From NCBI GenBank assembly GCA_965202585.1, contig OZ241833.1, positions 19,716,001 to 19,780,000 on the forward strand: a stretch of 64,000 bases of DNA, in the 5' to 3' direction. The DNA comes from Thalia democratica (Eukaryota). A program made the translations under genes and the position numbers. This document shows positions 24,801-36,800 of the stretch, one piece after another. The notes beneath the pieces are model-generated. The model was not told where the DNA came from, did no database searches, and saw nothing but the letters and a program-made list of their open reading frames with translations. The number at the start of each line of letters is the position of its first letter. Position 1 is the stretch's first letter.

Positions 24801-27800
24801 TATTATCATTAACTTAATATTCTAAATTTTCGAAAAAAGTAAGTTTTTGTACGGCATACTGTAAAGATACTGCAGTATTTATTAGAAAATTTATAGAACA
24901 AATAAAACTAAAACAAATTATGTCTAATAAACTTCTATCATCAGTAAGAGAGAATAATTTATTTATTACAGACTTAAGTGCAACAAACTAAAGTAAAAAC
25001 AAACTCTATACAACTTTTACAGTTTTATTAAATAAATTGTTTAAAATAAAGTTAAATAAGTAATGTTAGTTATCAAATGGTTTTAAGTATGTATTGTAAG
25101 TTTTGGTTATACTATGTTGACTTATTTTTATATTTTGATAGTTAAAAAAATATGATAGTTGTTTAGATTTTGAAGACCCAAAATTTAATTCTTAAAAAAT
25201 ACAAAGATAAATAGAGTAAGCTTGTTAAATTTTAGATTAGTAAGTTTAATTGCTACTAAAACTAAACTAAGTAGTCGTAAATTAAAAGTTTATTTTAGTT
25301 CTTAATATTATCAGACATCCTACAAGTTATGTTTATATGCAAAGGAAAAATGCGATTTTAAAGAGCTATTATACTTGGTTTAAAAAGCGTAATAGTTCAT
25401 TTTGATTTAAGATAATGTTATATGTAAATAAAAAGTTCTAATCATAAATTATATCAAAGGAAAATAAAACACAATTAGTATACATAAAAGTTAATCGGTT
25501 TTGTTTGAAAATAATGCATACAAAATATCCTACTCATAAAAAATATTTTTTTTTATAATTTTATACTGATTAATTAGTGAAATGGCTGAAACTTTATGAA
25601 AATATCTATAAAAATGTTTTTTTTTTTGCTGAACATTATACTGTAAAGCCTCTGTATTTTTAAAGCCTTGAGCACTATAAAACCATTTTTAAATTTCTAT
25701 CATAATTAAAATTTAAAATTTGTATCATTTAGAGAATAAAAGCAAACTGTTTAAAAAGAGTAAAAAGTTATTGTTACATAAAACCGCTATTTCTTAAAAA
25801 GGCGAAAAACTATTTGTTAAAGCACTGTATAATTATTTTTGTTTTTAATATATTTCAAAACTCTGAATGTAACTTCGTTTTGTATTTACAAGGACCGTTA
25901 AAATTCATTGAAAAGATAACAAAAGTAAAAAACTAATTTATATAGATAATAATATAGTGCTTTAACAAATAATTTTTCGGCTCTTAAAGAAATAGCGGTT
26001 TTATGTAACAAGAACTTTTTACTATTCTTTTATAAAACCTAAAATTAAGTCTAAAGTTTCAAATTTTGATAGTTTAACTAATATAATAAAAAAGTATTCA
26101 AATCTTATAATTAAGATTTAAAAAAATATTTTTATATCAGTAAAGCTTTTTTACTTTAAAACATTAAAGTAATCTTGATTTAGCACTTTTAAAATCCCAA
26201 AATAGCGTACTCAACAAGAAGTGCGTACCTAAGAAGTATGAGTCTAAATGAAAAATTGCATTTTAAACACAAATTTTATGGCTTAATAGTGCGTATACAA
26301 CGGGAAGTTAGTATTGAACAGGAATATTAATGTACAAATAAGTGTTTCACTAAACCTTTTTTTGAGCTTCTACATTTTCTACGTAAAGTTATAAGCTAGA
26401 ACTTTAATAGTTTAAAGTTCTACAGCTATATTATATTTACCAAGTTAATATGTTTAGTTTTTAATTTTAGTTATGAAAAACTCTCAAAATTTTTAAACAT
26501 ACTTAAAACACCAGGACTTGAAAGCTACAAATATAAATAACTTTGTCACATAAAGTTGGGTAATCTTTTAATATTTTGATTTTGAATTTACAAAAAGTCA
26601 TAAGTTAAGTATAAAGCATGACTTTTACAATATATAACAAAAGAAAAATCTGAATAATCAGTAAAAGCTTTTATGGTTAATATAAAACTGCATGCTCGGA
26701 AAAAGGTTTGATAAAAGAAAGTTTAAGACGATTTCAAAAAAGTGATTTCCAATCAGTTATTAAGAGCTTTATAACTTGTCTTAAGTATTTTTACTTATAA
26801 CGTGGTTCCATAAATTAGAATACTACTAAACGATTTCATTTTTAAGAGAAGTAATTAAAAAACAGGAAACAACTAAAACTTGACTAAATTTGCTCTATAA
26901 AAACAGTAACATATAGCACAACATCGGTCATTATCTTATTAAGCAAACACAAGTTAAACATTTATTACCTGAGAGTTAAAGCTTACAAACTTTTTAACTA
27001 CAATTTTAAGTTTAAAAGTTTAGTAGTTAAAAATAAACCATTAGCCTCAAAATTAGTTAAAGAAAAAATACACATACTATAAACTTTTAGTTTTAACATG
27101 ATAAGTAACATATATTTCTTGGTATTAAAATGTATGGAAAACACACAAAAAATAAAGATTTGGTTTTAGTATGGATATCTAAAAATCCTAACGTCCTATC
27201 ATTAATTGTGGAATAGTATTAAGAAACTTTTTTACAAGTATTTGGTGGTACAGTTTTTACTTTTATAATATTTATTTAAGTAAATAAGTTTTGAAAATAG
27301 TAAATAAGAAGCTTATTGGCTACAAAAACATTTGTAGTAATTTATGCTACTTAACTTTAAAATAATAATGCTTAAAAAAAGTTTGAACACTTTATTTTTA
27401 GCAATATTCAAAAGTTAAAATCAGGTAGATATTAATGTTTCTAACATTTCAATTTTTTATACATATTTTACAGATATTAGAAAAATAAAACTTTACTTGT
27501 AACAAAATTATTTTCTTTAAGAACAGATTTTACGTTGTTTTAACTGAGTGAGAAAAATCCTATTTAAAATAATGAGCTTACTGAAAGCTTTGTCATCAGT
27601 TATTCAAAAAACATAGTTTTTCTTCAAAATTTTAATCTTTTAAAGTTTTATAAGTTAAAATTTTTATACGTAATCCGTCCATAAGTAATTTTATCTTTTA
27701 AAACTTAATTTATTCGTTACATACCGTTACTAATTGAACTGTAGCCGTCTTATTAAAAATTCATTACTACTTTGTACATTTTCAAAGCAAAGTCTTGAGT

Positions 27801-30800
27801 TTTTGGAGCAATATTAATCAAAGTTTTTGCACTCAAAAATCATAAAAATTCCATTTTGAAATAGATATATAACTGTAGTGTGGTTTAGACAGAAAAAGAA
27901 CAAAAAAATACTTAAAGCATAACTGTTAATGAATTAAAGTTCACGTTAGTCATATATTTTTTAACATAGATGAACAGTACTTCTATGTACTTTTTTTTTT
28001 TCTTTTTTATTAAGTTTATTTTAAGTTAAAAGTATTATCATACAGCAAGTCAGTTAATGGTTAAGTGTGTAAGTATTAACTTTAAATAATTAGCTTTTTC
28101 AAGTTATAAACTTTATAAAATTTAGTATATATATCTTTTGTTAATTAAGTCTCTGACTTTGTTCGGAAAGCTAAAAGTTTTTAAATATAAATGAAAGAAT
28201 AAAATAAATGGCTAATATTTTTGTAGGTGTTTCAATGAAAAGTTTTGGTTTAAAATATAATTTAAACAATTATGTTTTTACTATTTTCAGATGCTTATAG
28301 AAAAACTTTTTAACCGATTTAAACTTTTTTACGATTTACTGAATTACTAAATATAGTTATCAACTTTTTAGTTTTAATTCAATTTACGATTACAGGCTGT
28401 CTAAATTTGTTAAAATTCAAAATAAGTTAAAATATTCAAATCTTAGAATATTTTGACTCTTATTTTAAAATAAATAGTTTAAGAGTTATTACAAACTTTA
28501 TCTGTTATATTATTCTCCAAGTTAACTTAAAAAACGCAACACTTTCGAATACACATTTTGCACGAAGCATACCGTTTTGAGCCTGGAGTAATAAACGAAA
28601 AATTCACTCCCAATCTATGGCAGCACTTCGACGATATTTATTAAAACATATCTTCAGGCTACACTACTTATTCCACACCGAGAGAAATTTTCCTATCACG
28701 TCGTTTTCCCACTTTTTTGTTCGTTATTAACTTAAGTTGTGGTCGGTTTCCATGAAAGTATGTAAATTAATGTGTTCGAAAAGTGTAAAGTGTATATCGG
28801 ATACGTGTTAATTAGCTTTGTGAAAGCGAAATTGCAACTAAAGCCATCGCAAATTCTGTCTTTACTTTTTTAATAACACGAGTTTTTTGAAGTCCTTTTA
28901 TATGAGCTGTTTTGAAAATTTTAAGAAGTCAATTGCTGAAAACGTTTAGCTTGTGACATTAAAAGCGAAACAAATTAAGCATAACATCATCGTAATGCTA
29001 AATGTCGTAACTTGACAATATATCGCGTTGAAATTGAGTTGTCATAGTAATATAAACTTCGCCGTGTTTTCACTTGAAATCAAAGTTATAAAAATCAAAA
29101 TTGACAAAATAAAATGTTGAACCCACCCGGTATAACATTTTTAATATTTTTAGCGTGACAATGTTAGTAAAACAAAAAAGTAATTGTTCGCAGCCTTCTA
29201 AATATATTTTATTACATAGCTGACAGAATTAGTAATTTTCCATTGTCTACGTTTTCAATAAAAAAGGAACACGACACCATGCAAACTTAGTTTAACAAAA
29301 TTTTTGACAAGTAATTTTTAGGAAAAATCGAAAAAGTTTGATGGAACTCTTGTTCAATTAAGCTTAATTAATATAACAATCCATTATAATGTTTATAAAA
29401 AATTAAATACCTTGGTAAACGTTTCATGAAAAACTAATTAGATGCCAAATGAAACTACAAACTTTGAAAAAGCAAGTTTTTCAGCATTCTATCCAAGATA
29501 GTTTTACCACTGACAGATCATAAAAAATATATTTTTAAAGTTACTTTTGATTTGGTATATGTTAAAAAAAAAAAAACTCAGGAATAAATTATTAAATAGT
29601 TTTTATTGACGTATACTTTTGTTATTGCTTAATTGTGATTATCTAGTCTTCTGTTTTTTATTGTTTACTTGAATTTAATTTTCAAGTTAAAAAAAACACA
29701 TCGTATTTATAATATTGATAAATTCCTATTATACTTTAAAAAATTTGTTTAAATTCCAGATTTTTGTTGAAACTTATTTTCATTTAAATACTTAAGAAAG
29801 TTTTTGTTTTTACAAGACGGGTTAAGGGGTTAATTACTACATTTGTTATAACAACAGCAACATAATAACGTTGACTTGTAGTTGTTTATGTAAACATTTT
29901 TATGTCATTTACTCAAACAAAGTATAATTTCATAAAAACGTTTTTATAGTGTTCCCAATTACTTGCGAACTTCGAAGTCGATGCGACAATTAAAAAATAA
30001 CTTCTTATGTTTGCGTTTTGTCTCTACACTTTAATTTTATGTTTAGTCAATTATAGCTTTTAACGTTTTAAATTTTGTAAAGGCTTAAAATGCTTTCATA
30101 AAGATTCTAAATAGTTTTTAGCAATTTTAAAAATAATTCTGTTCATTTTGTATAAAAGTAACCCGACTTCTACACTTTTTAAACGTGAAATTATACGACT
30201 TAAAATAGTAATATTTAAAATTATAATTTTATGGTTATGGAAATAATAGTTATTAAAGCTCACCAATATTTCTTTTTCTTTTGTCATCCTTTCTTCTGTT
30301 TGCGAACCAATTGTAGACTTTTCCAGCCGTCACTTTTTCCGTTTCCGACATTGAAAGACCTGTGAATGGAAGTAATTTCACGTAAGTACAAGTTTCACAG
30401 CAATTTACTGAAGGAACATATGGTTGAACAGTGATAATGAATAGTTAGCTTGATAAAAAGCACTCATTCGCTTTTAAACCATTATTTCAATAACTAAACT
30501 AAATTGCCAGGTTAAGTGCTTTATTAAGGCTTTGCCAATAAAGTGAAAAATGTACTTAAATTACAATGTGTTTTAAAAGTATTTTTAATTTTTGGAAATT
30601 TGTTTTAAACTTTCTATCTGCTTTTAAGTTGTATCTAATCTATCAAAAGTATGCTACTGATAGTGTACATTATATTACGATTGTTTTAAAATTTAATCTC
30701 AGTTTGAAAACTGCTTTCCTAATAAATATCAAAAAAAGTTTTTGAAAAAAATGGGTGTAACATAAATATTTACTCTGTGTTTTAATTAATATGTCTGAAA

Positions 30801-33800
30801 AAACGTCTATTTAAATAAGTACTTTCACAGCCAATATTGGCGAGCTTTTCGTTTTAACGGTAAATTAAGTTTAAAAAGCAGTTTTTTTAGTTTTGAGCTT
30901 TTAGTTATTAAAAATAATATGCACTGAAGTTATCAATTTGGAATGAAAGAAGCTTGGATTTAATTTAAACCATTCTGTCATTAACTTGTACCCTCGGGCT
31001 TTCAATGAAAGTAAAATTTAATATAAATCTTACAATAGACAAAATCAAGTTTTTTAGCACGAACTAAGTCTAGTTCAAATTTCGTTTATTCCTCAAACTT
31101 AATATTTGTTCAACCTTTGTATACATACGTTTTTGTATAAGCAAATTAGTTTTAATTACGTTTTATAAGAAACTTAAAATTGCTAAAATTCTGTAGTATG
31201 CATGCAAGTTAAATAAATTATATGTTTAGTGAATTTAAATACAATTAAGTTATACATACATTAGGTACTTTACCTACCAATAGAAAATTAATAAAAAGTA
31301 AAAAATAGTACTTTTAAATTAAAAAAGTTGAAAGTTTATTTTACTTCGCATAAGTTATCTTCAGTGCAAACAATAGTTAGACAGATTCCTTTTAAGATAA
31401 AACAATATTTTAAAACAAAAAAGATAAAATCTGCTAAAAGCAAAAAAAAATCTTAATTCAAACAATCTAGATTGGTTTAAATGGGGCGTTAAATTTTGAT
31501 CGAGTTAAATGATCAGCTAAATATTTAACATTTTACTAGTTGATAAAGAGAAAATAGTTAGCACTTTTTATTACAATTAAAAAGTCTGTTCACCTTATAA
31601 GGAACAGACATCATAACACTTATCAAAGAAGAATGTTTAATTATTACAATGCGTAAAGGCATAAAAATTTTGCTAACTGCTTGACTCATACTTTAATTAT
31701 TGCTATACTTGTACGGCATTTACAATCAAAATGTTTAATAAATAAAGTTCTTATTCAAATAAAAGACCTTTACAAAAAACATATTTGATTTGTGAACTTT
31801 TTTCGTAAAAGTTAACGACTATTTTTGAAGCAGTATGTGATAATTTAAAAGTTACACATTGTCAAATAAGCAACAAACAGCTATTTATTCTTATTAAGTT
31901 ATTGACAGCTAGTAATCTCTGTACTAAGAAAGCTACACGACTAAGCCAAAACTTTATGTAGTTTCTACCTTGGAGAATAACCGTAACATTATGTTTGTAT
32001 TAAACTGCTTAAAACACAAAATATAACTTTAAGATAGCGCTTGTTTGTTATAAACATGGCATACATAGTCCTAAAATAAACTGATTTTTCATAAGCTACT
32101 TGTAGTTAATTTTTCAAGTACACTCCTTTTTTGCTGTTTAAGTTAATATTTCTCACGACTAGAACATTTTTAAGCTTAACCATTTAAGGGAGAAGTTATT
32201 AGTTATTCGTACTAGCTTTCTTGAAATCATGTTTCCCTAAAGCAAAGTTTTTTAACTCAAGTTTTTATTTTTTTTAAACTTAAAGCATATTTAGTTGAGA
32301 TTTTTTAAAGTAGTTGTCAAAAATGTTACAAAAGAAAATGTTTAAATCAGTCTAACTTGAAAGTGTTATTCAACAAAAAAAGCAATCCAGTAAAAAAAAT
32401 CGTAGGTTTTACAAAATAATTTGTTATGATTTTATCATAAATGATATTATTATTATGATATTATTATAAATATACTAATGAAAGTATGCTTTCTAATATT
32501 TCTTAGTTAGTACTCATATTGAAACATTAAAACTGACACACCTTTTGTTACATTTTAAATAAAGATTTCTGATACAAAAAATCAGGTGTTTAGCAGGAAA
32601 TAATAAGCTTCAACAATGCAACATGAGTGAATTTATTAAATGCAAATTTTGTACGTTAACGCAGACAAGTCGAAAAATAATTCAGAATTTTCACAGTTGA
32701 GAGATTGCGCTAAACTCCACACTTTTGTATGGTGCACGGTTAAATAACTGAATAGAAAAGAAAACTATACTAAACAGCCTTTGACTTAGTAAGGAGACTG
32801 AAATAAAATTCCATGTAATTTTTATTTGCTGGGCGTGCTATCTCGAGCGAAGTTTACATCGAAATTATCTTAATTCAATTATGTTTACTACTAAGTAATT
32901 ATGTTGTCTTTATATGTATTTTTTATTGTATAAAGTACCCCATGATATAGTTTATTTTGTGCTGTTTTTTTTAATAACTCATATAGGTTTTAAACTTTTT
33001 TTTACATTAAAAAAAACTTTACTTTAGGCTTATAAACGATTATATCAAACTAAAAAAAGAAGACTTTTTAAGCAAATTGCTTTTTTGTAAAGAGTATTGA
33101 GTATTTTACAATAAACTTTTGTCTTTAAAGCATAAGTACTATATAACGCGTTTTAATATCTTAAGTAGAAAAAATTGTAATTAAAAATATGTTTATAAAT
33201 TAGCAATAGTTTGAAGGTTTGTTATTAAACTATATTATAAAAAAAATCAATGTAGAACATTTTTTACTTGTATAACAATAAAAAAGTTTAAAAGTATGAT
33301 AGATGCATCACCATAATGTTAAGCTGTTTAGATTAGCAAATAATTCAAAAATTTGAGTCAAGTGTTTTGCTTCAAGGACCTGCAGCCATGTAAATGCAAT
33401 TAGATTGCTTAAACAAATACAATTATGATAAGCTTGCTTTGCTTTGTATTATTTGTTGTACTTGCAATTTAAATTAAATTTATATAGAATTTATGTTGGT
33501 TGTTTAAACTTGTTTTAGTGTCGAGTGGCAAAATAAATATTTTTATAAGTAAAATATAAATGTTTATGAAGTAAGATGAATTTAATATGTTTAAACTCAA
33601 ACACAATTTAGTTTACAAATAAAGTTTAGTATAAACAAACAGTTGTAACTTACCAGGTTTGTGACTTTGTATGATTTGATTGCATGCCAAAGCAATCTCT
33701 TCCCTTTTAGTTTCATCTGGGTAGTTGTTAGTGTTGTAAAACCCTTCTAAAACTGAGACGCATTCTTTTGGCCAAGTAAACCTGCATAAAAATTCATAAC

Positions 33801-36800
33801 TCAAACGATATTACTAAGATAAGATAGTATACTTAGTATTCTCATTATTTTTAGATACCTTATAAATTGAGAAAAAAAGTTAAAATTCACAGTTCAAAAA
33901 ATATTCAAGTTAATTTCACATTTTCAAAGCAGATAAAACTTTATGCTTACTCACACACTTTACCGAACCGTTTCGAGTTTTAAAACCCGAGGCCGCGGCA
34001 GCAAACAAAAAAAAAAAGCAACGCGCAGTGTCAAGTTCAGATCTTCCAAACACAACGCGCGACTTCAAAGGCTTCTGCGGCGCGAATTTGTTTTTGACTT
34101 GTGTCGCTTCGGGTGCTTGTGTGTAGCGAGTACTGAAGCGGCAGCAAAAAAAAAAATCAAACTCGTTTCGTTCTCAACAGCGACGAAAGGTACCTCGTAA
34201 CTGCGTCACTCAATATTAAAAGTTATGCATCTCACTCGATGGCAATAAACAAAGTTCACGGCGGTTTTTGTGTAAATCAACGGTTTTTATTGAGATGGAA
34301 ACGTTCTCAGCGAGGTCGCAAAGGTTACCGATGGAAAGGTCGCGGCAAAGAGATTTGCTCCGCGTAAATTTTTGTGATAACAACCGACAAAAACTTTATC
34401 AAGTTTAGTTTGTGTTGCTAAACCCTTTATATGAGCTTCGATCTGGTTATAATCGAGTCGAACAAAAATGTAGCACAGCAAAGTAAGCATACTCGGGTAG
34501 AAGGTGTTTTTAAAAGTACGAAAAGTTTCTGTTAAAATTAAAAGCTGTGATATTTAAAACATTAAAGTCGTTTAGAGCTGTATTATATTTATTTTAAAAT
34601 TTAAAAATAAAAAAACTAGAATAATAAACTTTTTTAACTACCCTTTCATAAAACAAACATGTTTAGGGGTTATAAATAATTAAGTATAACATAAAAACTT
34701 GTCTCAAAAATTCTAACAAAAAAGTTGCATATATGGTAACAAGATGAAACAGAAGCAATATTTTTTTTGATAATAATAATGTTTTTATTAATTTACCCAA
34801 CATTATACAACTTAAATTCAAACTAGACTTCAATTGCGACTGTTTATATTTTGAAATTGAGCCTAAGCTTAACCTTTATGTAAACAAAAAATATTTCTAT
34901 ACTATATTAATAATTTTACTTTAATTGTCCAGTATTTTTTTGCTAGGACAAATGAAGCAACATACAATCAAGCAAACATTTCAAAATAGATATATTTGCA
35001 TACACCAGTGTTGTTGTTGGCCTTGTTATAACTTGATTATTTTAGCATTACGCTAAACAACACTAAGCGAACTAGTCAAACAAATTTTGCAACTGACCTC
35101 GATCCTCGTTTTGTTTTGACAACGTGCTGTCCCGTCGGGTGGTCCTGCGCCGACTCCTGGTCGGTTACCGAGCATGCCCCCATTCTTGAAAATAACAGCG
35201 GCTGGTGTTGCGACCCCGAAATGCCCCCACCTGCGCAAAAAATAAAAACATTAGTCGAAAATAATATTAACAAACAAGATAGCCGGAAAACTGGTACAAA
35301 AACTCGTTAAATAGTCACATGTGTACGGAGTGTTTATTTTCAACTATTAACTTGAACTTGAATTTGTTAAATAGTGAGAAGAAAATTTTTACTTGTTTGA
35401 ATTGTACATGCGTTAAATATTAACGAGAGAATAACTGGCGACCCTGTTTAGTTCACACTGTTTGTATTGGAACGTTAGCAACTCCAAGTCTATTATCAAC
35501 TACAAATAGCTTTCAAACTTTCTGGTAAAAAATTGTTTGTAAAGCTTAAACGACTTTTGGGTAAATAGTATTTATATCCTTTAATATGTCTTACTTGAAA
35601 ATATTTAATATACATTTTTTAGTTTACCGTTTTATGTGTTTTTTTTTCAAACTAAAAAAAAATTATTCCTTTTAAAATGATGCAATAAATGTTATCCCTA
35701 AACACAAAATGTGAGTTTTAATCATTAAAGCTATAATTTCGTACACATGTACTTATTGAAGCTTTATAAAAACAGTTCGTTATAAAAATTCGTAGACAGC
35801 AATCATCTTAGCTGCAATTACTACCGTTTAAAGTTACACGAGAGGTTCGTGTAACGAAGAAAAAGTAAACATTTAAGCAGCAACAGTGTGATTGATGTGA
35901 TGTAAGCGTTCCTTTTAACCATAAAACGCTTGATGAATATTTAATCAAACGGCGAGTTAACTAGCGATGAAAAAAGTTTGCAATCGCGCAAACGAACGTA
36001 GCAGCAGCAAAAAGCTCGGTGTGTTTAAAGCACTTGAAATGCAACAAAGAAAACAGTTGTCAAGTTATTAAAACAACGCGCGAATGTTCCTTCGCGCCGC
36101 CGACACAGTGTTGTGTTGAGCGCGTGTTTATGGAAATGCGCAAGTTGAATAATTTATCGAGCTCGCTGTTGACTAGCTCTGGCAAACAATGCTCAAGCGA
36201 AAAGATCAAGTTTAACCTCAAGTCTGTCTGCTTTATTCCCAATTATTTCAACCAGGTAAATAGGAGCGCGCGGCGATGTTTTTTAGTGGGAGAACAAACA
36301 CAAGTTTGTTATGGGCGTTTATGTTGTATATATGGATGAGTATTTGTGTGGTGAGTGAGAATTAGGAGCAGCATTTTTTTTCCTGAGACGGCCAAATGGA
36401 ATTTTTAACTAGAGGAGCATAACAAATATTTCACCCATTTCTGATAACTCATTTCCTCTTATCACGATTTAGTTAAAGCTCGACTAGCGCTAAGTCGAAA
36501 TGTTTAAGCTTTTTTTTAATAAAACAGTATTTTTGATTGATTTTTGCACTTGCTTCGACTGCTCGAAACTTGCTAAAGCATTTTCCAACAATTTTCGCGC
36601 ACCTGAGCGAAAACAATAAAAATGCTTTTGAGTAGACACGTTATACTGCAATTGTAACCATAGTAAGACGATGCCTACGTGATGCCATGGCGTCGGTGAG
36701 CGTTTCGGAAAAAAGAGAAGCCAAAAAAGAGCTTAGAAGGAGTAGGTGGTGAAAAGTGGAAAACACAAATGCGGTTTGGGTGTTCGAATGGAAGAATGAA

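Noticed and set aside
35833-35855. Perfect hairpin GTTACACGA-gaggt-TCGTGTAAC resembling a Helitron 3' end
   Set aside because: No CTRR terminus at the expected distance on either strand; more likely part of the regulatory island.
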